Shown in pieces: positions 8,434-17,392 of a stretch of DNA of 64,000 nucleotides. The notes beneath the pieces were generated by a model. That model had not been told where the DNA came from and did not search any database. It saw only the letters and a list, made by a program, of their open reading frames with translations. Both the position numbers and the translations under genes were made by a program. Source of the DNA: a virus (Duplodnaviria; Caudoviricetes); IMG/VR virus record IMGVR_UViG_3300029288_003134, positions 28,559-92,558 of that record. One strand, 5' to 3'. How positions within the stretch are numbered: the first letter of the stretch is position 1; each line of letters opens with the position of its first letter.

Positions 8434-8799
8434 ATGCAAACTGAATTCAGAGCGCAGATTCTTCCAATATTGGACACAGTAATGTCTGAGTATGGTTGGA
8501 CGCTTGAATATACGTTACGGCTTCCTAGTGATGTTTTAATTGATCTTTATAAGGCTATATCAGCTAGAAAATTATCAGAAGCAAAGCTTTGGACAAAGCT
8601 TATTGGGGCCGCAGTTGGCGCAGGGTTCTCTGGGAAGCTTGAGAAATTAGATAATATTTTTTCTTCTTCAGATACGCCTGTTACAGAGGCCGACCCGGTG
8701 GCATGGAAGGCACAACTTAAAGGCGTTTGGATGAGGCTAAAAAAAGACCCAGAAGAGTTCGAGCGTAGATGGGCCGCTGGTGAAAAAATAGAAATGTAG
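8434..8799 (+). CDS. Probable second tail assembly chaperone (gpT-like)
   Basis: 'SEYGWTLEYTLRLP' motif, immediately before the tape measure gene. Confidence 0.55.
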   Translation: MQTEFRAQILPILDTVMSEYGWTLEYTLRLPSDVLIDLYKAISARKLSEAKLWTKLIGAAVGAGFSGKLEKLDNIFSSSDTPVTEADPVAWKAQLKGVWMRLKKDPEEFERRWAAGEKIEM

Positions 8800-8806
8800 G
8801 CAGACT

Positions 8807-11020
8807 ATGGCAGAGAAAAATCTTCATATAAATATTGGTCTTGGTATAGAAGACCTCCAAAAAAATCTAGGCAAAATGACTACGGGCTTAGCCCTCGTAA
8901 AGTCTGCCCTACGCGCAGTTTTTCGTACTGCAATCGTAGCCGGATTCTTCATGGCTATACGTGCGGGTTTTAATGTTTTATCTAATTTTCAAAACTCTCT
9001 GGAAAAACTCGCCGGAGATTTTGGGAAGCTGAACTATGCCGCAGTTCAAACTGCTGCTATTATTTCTGAGGGTGGTGGGGGTTTTCAGGCAGCCTTTGAG
9101 GAGGCATCTCAATCCGCCAGAAAATTATCTATGGAGACAGGCTTTACAGCCGGAGAAATTCAGGCTGGCTTATACACCTCCGCCCAGGCCGCATTAAATT
9201 TTTCAGATTCCTTAAAAGTTACTCAGTCTGCTTTACAATTAGCCACAGTAGGTGGTGAAGATTTTCAGGGTACTTTAAATGATTTAATTGGTATTACACG
9301 AGCTTTCGGGGTATCTGTTAAAGAAGTACCGCAGTTTGCTGATGCTTTAACCGCAGCTATGATTAAATCCAAAGCGACTTTAGGTGGTTTATTTGAAGGC
9401 TTACGAAATGTCGCGTCTATTGCTGGAACAGCTTTTGGTGAGACACGAGATACTTTTTTGGATTCTTCGGCTGCGTTAATGGTTTTAAATGATGCGGGTA
9501 TTGAAGGAAGTTCTGCCGGAACTAAATTAAGGGCAGCAATGCAAAAACTTTTGGGCGGCACAGTTCAAACCACAGCTGCTTTTACAAAATACGGAATAAA
9601 CCTCTTTCAGGCAGATGCCGCATCACAGGGTTATTTGAGGACTTTACTCTCTGGGCAGAAAGTTATGGCTTCCACACAGGAAGAATTAAATGCCTTAAAA
9701 CAAAAACAGTTTGATTTAATCGGTGCAAATCAGCAGGGGTCACGGGAGTTTGCTACTTTAACAGCCGACCTAGATAAGGTAAGCACTAAGTTGTTTGATA
9801 TGCAGAAAAATTTGGACGATGTTTATAATGAATTTACTTTAGCTGGTGGTAAGCTTCGGCCCTTTGCAGATGTTTTAAATGAAATAGGTACTAAGGCCCC
9901 CACTGAGGTTATTGGGAGGGCTTTTGGTATTCGCGGCGGTGAGGCGATTATGCGGGTACTTAATAACTTAGATAAATTTAATCGTTTTAAGACTATTCTT
10001 AAAGAATATGTATCTGAGTCTGAAAAGGGTAAAAGTATTACTCAGACTATTTTTGGGCAGTTCGTGGAGTCTGTACTTATCCGCTGGCAGAAAATGAAGA
10101 ATAGTGTAATGGCTATTTTTGGTGTGATTGCTGATTCATTTTTTTCGGCTTTAGCCCCCATAATGGAACCAGTTCAAAAATCTTTAAATACTATTTTTGA
10201 ATCTATTTCTAGGAATAAGGGTAGTTTTGCGAATGTTTTCAAGGGTGCTGCCGAGGCACTTAGGCCCGCTTTAGATTATATGAGTAAGGCTGTTCCTAAA
10301 ATAACAGATCAATTAGCAGGTGTATTTGTTCCGGGTAAAGAAATGAATTTTAAAAAATATGCGTTTAGTTCTGAGACCGGGAAAATACAGTCTAGTGATA
10401 TAAAATCTACTGGAGATGTTACTAATAAATTAAAATTATTTACAGAATCATTATCATCTCTTTTTATTGCTGTTTTGAGTCAAGGTTTAATGGCTTTAAA
10501 GCCTATCATAGATATTTTTGGAGCAGTTTTTTCTGCTTCAATTTTTGCTGAACTTCAAAAAAATGTTGCAATATTCAAAAGTATTGGTGCGGAGGTTGCG
10601 CGAGGTTTTGTAGCGGCTCTTGGTGAGATGGCTGTAGAGACTGGCAAGGGTTTGGTCGTTGGCGGCTCTTCTCTCGCTAAGACTGCTCTTGGTGGTTTTG
10701 GTACAAATTCTACAGGTTTACCTGCTGTTGGTGGCACCTTCCCCAATCCATACCCGCAAATTCCTACAACTTTAATGGGTTTGCCTGGTGCTAATAATAA
10801 GAGTCCCTCAGAAGGAACCGCTTCAATTCAGTGGGGTAAAGGGCCAGCTGAGCAGATAGATTTATCTAAATTAAATACGGCTGGCATGGAGAATGCTTTT
10901 GATAAAATGGGTCGGGCAGTTGACACCCACAATCAGGCACTCACAAGGATAAATACTCGTTTAAATGATGTTGAGGCTGAGGCTAAACGGGCTCTGGAGC
11001 GGTTATATCAGGGTCGTTAA
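8807..11020 (+). CDS. Tail tape measure protein
   Basis: TP901-type core (ETGFTAGEI…ALQLA…ADALT…LNDAGIEGSSAGTKLRAAM), helical and Ala/Gly-rich. Confidence 0.9.
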   Translation: MAEKNLHINIGLGIEDLQKNLGKMTTGLALVKSALRAVFRTAIVAGFFMAIRAGFNVLSNFQNSLEKLAGDFGKLNYAAVQTAAIISEGGGGFQAAFEEASQSARKLSMETGFTAGEIQAGLYTSAQAALNFSDSLKVTQSALQLATVGGEDFQGTLNDLIGITRAFGVSVKEVPQFADALTAAMIKSKATLGGLFEGLRNVASIAGTAFGETRDTFLDSSAALMVLNDAGIEGSSAGTKLRAAMQKLLGGTVQTTAAFTKYGINLFQADAASQGYLRTLLSGQKVMASTQEELNALKQKQFDLIGANQQGSREFATLTADLDKVSTKLFDMQKNLDDVYNEFTLAGGKLRPFADVLNEIGTKAPTEVIGRAFGIRGGEAIMRVLNNLDKFNRFKTILKEYVSESEKGKSITQTIFGQFVESVLIRWQKMKNSVMAIFGVIADSFFSALAPIMEPVQKSLNTIFESISRNKGSFANVFKGAAEALRPALDYMSKAVPKITDQLAGVFVPGKEMNFKKYAFSSETGKIQSSDIKSTGDVTNKLKLFTESLSSLFIAVLSQGLMALKPIIDIFGAVFSASIFAELQKNVAIFKSIGAEVARGFVAALGEMAVETGKGLVVGGSSLAKTALGGFGTNSTGLPAVGGTFPNPYPQIPTTLMGLPGANNKSPSEGTASIQWGKGPAEQIDLSKLNTAGMENAFDKMGRAVDTHNQALTRINTRLNDVEAEAKRALERLYQGR

Positions 11021-11029
11021 GGAGTTATT

Positions 11030-11419
11030 ATGAGTTTCGTGGGGGCACCTAAAAGAATTCAGTGGAAATCTCAGGACATTGGAGATTACTCCTATGTTTA
11101 TTTTGATTACCAGGGAAATGTTGAAACAAGAATAATTCCAAGAGCTAAGGGCATGCGTTTGCGTTCTACAGAACAATTAGGCGGAGGCCTTTTAAATATA
11201 ACAGTTCAGACTCTAGTAGCAAAAGCTGATAGAACAGCCTTAGAGAATTTTATTGCTACTTTAGATAATACATTATCTTTAAATGTTCCAGGAGATTTAG
11301 TGGTCTACGATGAGAATGGTACATACACTTTGAGTGACTGCTATTTAGAGTCATTTTCTCAGACATCTGAGGACTTAAAAGCTAATTTAGTAACTTTCAA
11401 ATTTGTAAAAAGCCTTTAA
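11030..11419 (+). CDS. Probable distal tail (Dit-like) protein
   Basis: 129 aa, beta-rich, directly after the tape measure gene. Confidence 0.4.
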   Translation: MSFVGAPKRIQWKSQDIGDYSYVYFDYQGNVETRIIPRAKGMRLRSTEQLGGGLLNITVQTLVAKADRTALENFIATLDNTLSLNVPGDLVVYDENGTYTLSDCYLESFSQTSEDLKANLVTFKFVKSL

Positions 11420-11431
11420 AGGAGATGGGTC

Positions 11432-12460
11432 ATGCCAGTTCAAATTGATACAGACGAGTTAATTCAGGCGGCTAATAATTCTGGTTATGGTCAGCAGCAT
11501 ATTATAGAAACGGCCACTGGAATTATTTATGCGGTTCAAATAAATTCTTCTAATGTTATAGAGGTCAAAGTTTCTTCTGATGGGGGCTCAAACTGGTCTG
11601 AGGATACAACCTTTAGTGGATTATCTGCGCCTTTTTGTATGTCATTTTGTAAATCTGAATTGGATGATATATTTCTTTGTTATTGTCATAATAATACTAC
11701 CTATGTTGTAAATAAGCGAGATCACACTTCTGGTACTTGGAGCCAGGTGGCTAATGGGACGCTGGATTTATTGGGTTGTCAGGCTATGATTTGTTATAGT
11801 CGTTTTACCCCGAGATTATACATTATGATAACCGCTAATGCTGCTCCGTATTTTCTTATGAGATATTCTGATGACTACGGTTCCTCTTTCACCACTGTAA
11901 ATATTGGCGGGCCCGGCTCTGGGGCTAAGGCTATTTACGGTGTAGACACTCACCCAATTACGGGTAATATTTATACCGTAATTAAGGCCGCTGCGGGTGG
12001 AACGAGTGGTTATGTTACTTGGATATGCAGTGCACTGGGCACAGGCCTTGCGTCAGAGGGCGCATTAACAGTCAGTTCTGCCCCGGCTGGCCAATTAGGT
12101 GGAGCATTGGCCCTAGATTCTGCTGGAAATCGCTGGAGACTGATTTATTATTTATTGTCTGGAAACTATCGTTTAAGAGTTGATAAAAATGGTAGCAGTT
12201 CTTTTGATACAAGTTATTCTACAACTGATACTTTAAATCATGGTCAATTAGCAATAGGGATTGATAATAAAGATAATGTTTACATTTTTTATGTAAAAAC
12301 AGCAGATAGTATATGTTATTATCAGAAGTATGATGCGGTGGCGGCAACTTGGGGGGCTGAGACTCCCCTTAGTGTGGCTGTGGGGGTGCGGCCATCCTGT
12401 GTGCAGATCGTAAAATCGGGTGGAACGAAGCTTCGTATTTTATATACTGCTGATGCTTAA
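11432..12460 (+). CDS. Beta-propeller (BNR/Asp-box) virion protein
   Basis: Asp-boxes SSDGGSNW and SDDYGSSF, repeated beta blades. Confidence 0.6.
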   Translation: MPVQIDTDELIQAANNSGYGQQHIIETATGIIYAVQINSSNVIEVKVSSDGGSNWSEDTTFSGLSAPFCMSFCKSELDDIFLCYCHNNTTYVVNKRDHTSGTWSQVANGTLDLLGCQAMICYSRFTPRLYIMITANAAPYFLMRYSDDYGSSFTTVNIGGPGSGAKAIYGVDTHPITGNIYTVIKAAAGGTSGYVTWICSALGTGLASEGALTVSSAPAGQLGGALALDSAGNRWRLIYYLLSGNYRLRVDKNGSSSFDTSYSTTDTLNHGQLAIGIDNKDNVYIFYVKTADSICYYQKYDAVAATWGAETPLSVAVGVRPSCVQIVKSGGTKLRILYTADA

Positions 12461-12480
12461 AATTGTTTTAGGAGTTTATT

Positions 12481-14793
12481 GTGGCTAATACATTTTTAAC
12501 TTATGATGAATTAACGGTGCCCTCTGGGGATATACTCTTAACTTATGATGAGTTGACTGTCCCAATAGACCCAAATAGGCATTTGACTTATGATGAATTA
12601 ACGGTTCCAGCAACGATTCAGCATACGGCCATTCTATCTTGGCAGAATTGGCAGATTCAGGAATTATTTCCTGGGTTGGATTGGCTTACGCAGGGTAATA
12701 CAGATTTTAAACCAAATCTTATAAATTATAGTTTTGATTATTTACTTCCGAATATTATTTCAGACGTTTATCCAATAGGCTTTTCTGGTGTTTGTCCAGG
12801 TTTCACTTTACATTTAGGCAATACTGGGAGCTCTGGACAGACGATTATAGAACTTTATGCTTTGGGTATTTTGCAGCATACGGAAGTAATTTCGGCTACG
12901 GGTTTAAAGTTTCAAAAAGTTATAAACTTAGATATGGGCTTTTTAATGCGGCCTTTGGGTGAGTTTGAATTGCGTATTACACAAATTGCTCAGGGTTGTA
13001 CAGATTTAAAAGTAAACGCTTATTTAATGACTTTTCCTTTTGAGGCTAATATTTTATCTTATGGAAATTTAATTGATTCTAAAAAAGTAAATGGCTTAGG
13101 TTCTGAGTATTTATTTTATGATGCAGATACCTGGTTTATTGAGCTTAATCAACCAATAGTATCCTTAGATTCAGTAGTGGCTGTAAATAAGTCAGGTAAT
13201 GCTGTAGAACTGGTTGGCACACTGGGTCAAGGAACATTTTATAATAACCAGATTACATTATTGCCCTATACCGCTGAAAGTATAGATAAGCTAAGAATTC
13301 GTATTTTAGATTTTTCTGGTCATTACAGAACACTGGAAATATCCCCAAACACTGCACCAAAATATTCTGTTTGGCCGGAATATGCTTCTGATACGATTTC
13401 TAGTAGTACCTATGGGGTGGTTAATCTTGCGTCTGGCGGTATAGCCTCTGCTTCTAGTGTATATACAGGAGGTGGACATACAGCAGATCAGGCTTCGGAT
13501 GGAAACGATGTTACTTATTGGCGATCTGGTACATCTAATCATTTACCGGAGTCTTGGGCCTATGATTCGGGTTTGGGTAATGAACAAACGATTCGTAGAT
13601 TAAAAATAAAGCCATTATTTTTAACGCATTCTTGTGTTAAGGCTTTTAGTATTTTAGGCTCTAATGAGGCGGCCCCAACTATGCTGGCAGACTCCACCAC
13701 TGGTTGGACGACTCTGGCGTACTTTGAGGCGGAAGATTCGAATACTTGGCAGACATTCGATTTTGAAAATTCGGTAGCGTATAGGCATTATCGAATAAAT
13801 ATAGGTAGTTCTTATGATGCCGCTTTGGAGACAGGTTTATACGGGATAGAATTTTATACGGGTGTTGATACCCTGACCAGTAATCTATCTGTAATTTGCC
13901 TTTTGGATACCAAGCGGTATCGTTATAGTTTTGATGGTGTAAATTTTTCTTCTTGGGCAAATATAGATATTGATAATTTGCTCACGGTAGATTTCTCTAC
14001 ACAAAATTATGGTCAGTTAAATTTAACTCTTGAATACGATAATGGTGTAGATATTTTACAGGAAACAGTTAGTATTTTTTATATCAGTGCGGTAATAGAC
14101 TGTTCTGGTTTATTTGAGGGGCCATTAATTCAGATAAATTATTCTGATATAGTTCCGTTTAAACAGGCAAATTTATATTATGACGGAATATTGGTAGACC
14201 AGTATATACAGCCAATTTTATATGGTTTTAGTTCATTTAATTTGAATATGACTACAGGCGAGGTTGAATCCGCTGCTGGTACGGTTTATTATAATGGTGA
14301 AAAATTTAGTTGGCCTGGAACAAATTTAGCCATAGATATAGACCCAGAATTATATGATTATAATTGGCGAGTTATTTTTGGCTTTAATACAAATACGAAA
14401 GAATTTGAATTAAATTATTTTGTAAACACATCACCGAATAAACCACCAACAGAGGTTTTTGATAATTTTATTCCTATTTGGGCGGGTGATTTTTCATTAT
14501 TCTTTACCATAACACCGTTTTCTTGGGATTTTATTGTAGAGTACAATCCAAGAGTTTATTCTCTTTATCAAGCCATAGGTTTGCCATTGGACACGACATT
14601 TAATGGCATAGTTACATTATCTATTTTTGATATTTCTGGTAGGCAACGGGATTTTGTATTAAATACAATAAAAACAAAATATAATATATGGAGAACACTT
14701 GAAGTAACCACGGCAACCTCGGATATTATTTTACCTGGGCAGATTCATCAAGAAGCCACCCTAAATTATATAGTTACTTCAGACGGAGTTTAA
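12481..14793 (+). CDS. Tail/baseplate protein with discoidin (F5/8 type C)-like domain
   Basis: ASASSVY…ADQASDGNDVTYW…AFSILGSN…AYRHYRINI; N-terminal LTYDELTVP x3. Confidence 0.6.
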   Translation: MANTFLTYDELTVPSGDILLTYDELTVPIDPNRHLTYDELTVPATIQHTAILSWQNWQIQELFPGLDWLTQGNTDFKPNLINYSFDYLLPNIISDVYPIGFSGVCPGFTLHLGNTGSSGQTIIELYALGILQHTEVISATGLKFQKVINLDMGFLMRPLGEFELRITQIAQGCTDLKVNAYLMTFPFEANILSYGNLIDSKKVNGLGSEYLFYDADTWFIELNQPIVSLDSVVAVNKSGNAVELVGTLGQGTFYNNQITLLPYTAESIDKLRIRILDFSGHYRTLEISPNTAPKYSVWPEYASDTISSSTYGVVNLASGGIASASSVYTGGGHTADQASDGNDVTYWRSGTSNHLPESWAYDSGLGNEQTIRRLKIKPLFLTHSCVKAFSILGSNEAAPTMLADSTTGWTTLAYFEAEDSNTWQTFDFENSVAYRHYRINIGSSYDAALETGLYGIEFYTGVDTLTSNLSVICLLDTKRYRYSFDGVNFSSWANIDIDNLLTVDFSTQNYGQLNLTLEYDNGVDILQETVSIFYISAVIDCSGLFEGPLIQINYSDIVPFKQANLYYDGILVDQYIQPILYGFSSFNLNMTTGEVESAAGTVYYNGEKFSWPGTNLAIDIDPELYDYNWRVIFGFNTNTKEFELNYFVNTSPNKPPTEVFDNFIPIWAGDFSLFFTITPFSWDFIVEYNPRVYSLYQAIGLPLDTTFNGIVTLSIFDISGRQRDFVLNTIKTKYNIWRTLEVTTATSDIILPGQIHQEATLNYIVTSDGV

Positions 14794-14795
14794 TT

Positions 14796-17378
14796 ATGGC
14801 AGACACTTATGTTTTATCTGATGATAATTCTGGTTTTGTTTTAGAAATACCTGTGACCATACCTATTATTTGGCGTACTCGCACGGTTCAGAATACTTAT
14901 CCTTGGGGTACTCCTTATATAAGTGCTCCAATTTTTTCTGGTCAGTTTACAACCTTCGTTAATAATAAGGTGGTTTATTCTGCGTGGACTTCTGGCGGGG
15001 AGGCCGGATTATACAGGCGTGTTTGTAGATACCAAAGTATTCTACTTCCGATGTTAGCAAAGCTAAAGGAATATGGTTTTATGACTACTTTAACCGTTGC
15101 TGTAGTAACAGCATACTATTTATATACTGAGGATATAAATGCTGAGATTGATTGGTACGCTACATTTAAAGCCCTGAGACTATTATATCCGCCGGAATAT
15201 TATACGCTAGGTTCGGTGCGCCTTGTCAAGGCAGACTTATCTGAAAGTCAAAATTTAGTTTCAGAGGGCCTCGTAGACTTAGATATGTTAAAACAAAAGT
15301 ATGCAAATGCCTTAGTTGAGGGTGAGAAGAGTTATGGACAACTGTTAAGTATGCCAGCAGATATTCCTATGCAGAAAAAAACTATGGATTTATCTTCTCA
15401 GGACGGCCCAACTGATTTCGAAGCCTCTTATTATGACCCAACAAAGGGGGCACCAACTATTCCCAGCATTTCTGGGGTAAATAGAGATTTTAGTGGGGAG
15501 ATACCTACGTTGGGTTTGAATTCATGTATACAGGATAATAGGACAGTTTATATGTATTTAAGGGTTTGGGTAAAATCTATTGTAGCTATTGGTGGGGGTT
15601 CAACTGATTTTGCACAGCCAGAGGCAATTACCCAGTCAGATACCTCAGATGCTAGTTTAGATGATGTTACCGGACACGTTGGGAGTTCGGTTTCTGGGAG
15701 TTCTATTGGGGCACAAAAACAGGGGTTAAATAAGACCTTTACTAATTATGGAAATACTCAGTTAGATTTTGATTCCGTTTATTTAACTGGAACAAATTAT
15801 TCCGGTTTTGTTGCGGCAGGTGGTGGAATTATTTCGGAGGCTGGCGTATTTCCAATAAATCAAAATTTATACATAGAGTCGGTAAAGTTGAGTTTAGACG
15901 GGAGTACAATGACTGTAGTTGAGATTGTAGACTTCGATGCTCAACCATCTTTATCTATAAATCAGAAGTTGTATGGTTATTTATTTGATGATACCCATTC
16001 CAGTAAGCCTATTTTTTGTGGCTATGTTAGCTCTTTTCAAAGAACATTAAATGGTGAAACACAGCAAATTACTTATGAGTGCCGTGATCTACTCTTTTAT
16101 TTGAATCAAATGTATTCTCCTTCTGTATATCATGTACAGGCTGGTGACATCACATACTCGGATGCAGTAAAAAGTATACTAAATACGGCGGGCCTTTCTA
16201 CGTCTATCGTTAATTTACCTACTGTAGATACCCCAGAAATAAGTTGGTTGTATGAGCCACTAAAAAATATTCTTGATTGGGCTACAAAGTATTTTGGAAA
16301 ATATGTTTATTTTCAAGACAGACATGGACGTTTAAATATTCGTGCTACAGATAGCGGTAGTTTTATAAAAAATATCGTAATCCCATCTGTAGGTACAGCA
16401 ATATCCTCCAGCCATAGGACGATGAGTTTTAATCCAATTACGGATTATTCTAGGGCCAGGAATCAAGTTATTCTTACCGGAGATTTTTCGGTCACAGAAA
16501 CTACGCAAACACTCCGGTATAATCTTACTGGGCCTGTGCATTTAAGCTCAGCTGTTGGACGCTCTGGTTTTTATTGGGATTTTAGCTCTATTGGTATAGG
16601 TGGGGCTACACAAAGAAAGTTTTATTTTGTTTTTAATACAAAACATACATTATTAGAGAAATTATTGAGCATGCCTAATGAATCGGCTCAGGTGACTCTT
16701 ACCATGACGACTTATTGGGATACATTTTTTCCGGCTGTACCTACAACCGTGACATTGCCTATCACATCTTTTCAGACCGCTGAACATGCGGGTAGAATTA
16801 TTTGTGCCTTTACTCCGGGTGATTTTCCTGTAGGCACCATGATTCCGATAGAGATGAATGGGAGTTCTATTTTTACCGGGCAAGCTACAACAGGTAGAAC
16901 AGAATATACGTTCAATGTTACTTATGCCTATAAAAGTGATAATCCCATCCAAGTTACTAGATTTTTGGGCTATGGTGGCGGGATTGAGGTTATAAAAAGG
17001 CCCGAATTCAAGGATGTGAATAGCCCCGCTGGAAAGGTATCAGATAAACTTTTGATGGAGGCTTACCTGGATTATATCAAGGAGTTTTATAAGCCCATAT
17101 ATGGGGGCTCTCTTGAAATGGATGGGTTAGATTTGGACGTGGAATTACTTGGTAAAGTCTCGGTGACTGGGACTAATCTTAGTGCCACCGAAGCGTCTAA
17201 TTTAATTATTTATGGAATTACCTATGATGTAGTGAAGCAAAAGACGAGCCTAGAGTTATCAAATAAGGTTTTTTCAGATTTACCTTATTTTGATGTTTTA
17301 AAAGAGCGCGCTAGGTCTAACAATGAGTCTTTAGTCAAACTTGGTTTACTTGAACAAAAATCGTTATATAATACATAA
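14796..17378 (+). CDS. Tail tip / baseplate hub protein
   Basis: IFCGYV…ITYECRDLL…YFQDRHGRLNIR…NQVILTG hub-like pattern. Confidence 0.6.
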   Translation: MADTYVLSDDNSGFVLEIPVTIPIIWRTRTVQNTYPWGTPYISAPIFSGQFTTFVNNKVVYSAWTSGGEAGLYRRVCRYQSILLPMLAKLKEYGFMTTLTVAVVTAYYLYTEDINAEIDWYATFKALRLLYPPEYYTLGSVRLVKADLSESQNLVSEGLVDLDMLKQKYANALVEGEKSYGQLLSMPADIPMQKKTMDLSSQDGPTDFEASYYDPTKGAPTIPSISGVNRDFSGEIPTLGLNSCIQDNRTVYMYLRVWVKSIVAIGGGSTDFAQPEAITQSDTSDASLDDVTGHVGSSVSGSSIGAQKQGLNKTFTNYGNTQLDFDSVYLTGTNYSGFVAAGGGIISEAGVFPINQNLYIESVKLSLDGSTMTVVEIVDFDAQPSLSINQKLYGYLFDDTHSSKPIFCGYVSSFQRTLNGETQQITYECRDLLFYLNQMYSPSVYHVQAGDITYSDAVKSILNTAGLSTSIVNLPTVDTPEISWLYEPLKNILDWATKYFGKYVYFQDRHGRLNIRATDSGSFIKNIVIPSVGTAISSSHRTMSFNPITDYSRARNQVILTGDFSVTETTQTLRYNLTGPVHLSSAVGRSGFYWDFSSIGIGGATQRKFYFVFNTKHTLLEKLLSMPNESAQVTLTMTTYWDTFFPAVPTTVTLPITSFQTAEHAGRIICAFTPGDFPVGTMIPIEMNGSSIFTGQATTGRTEYTFNVTYAYKSDNPIQVTRFLGYGGGIEVIKRPEFKDVNSPAGKVSDKLLMEAYLDYIKEFYKPIYGGSLEMDGLDLDVELLGKVSVTGTNLSATEASNLIIYGITYDVVKQKTSLELSNKVFSDLPYFDVLKERARSNNESLVKLGLLEQKSLYNT

Positions 17379-17392
17379 CACTGGATTTATTT

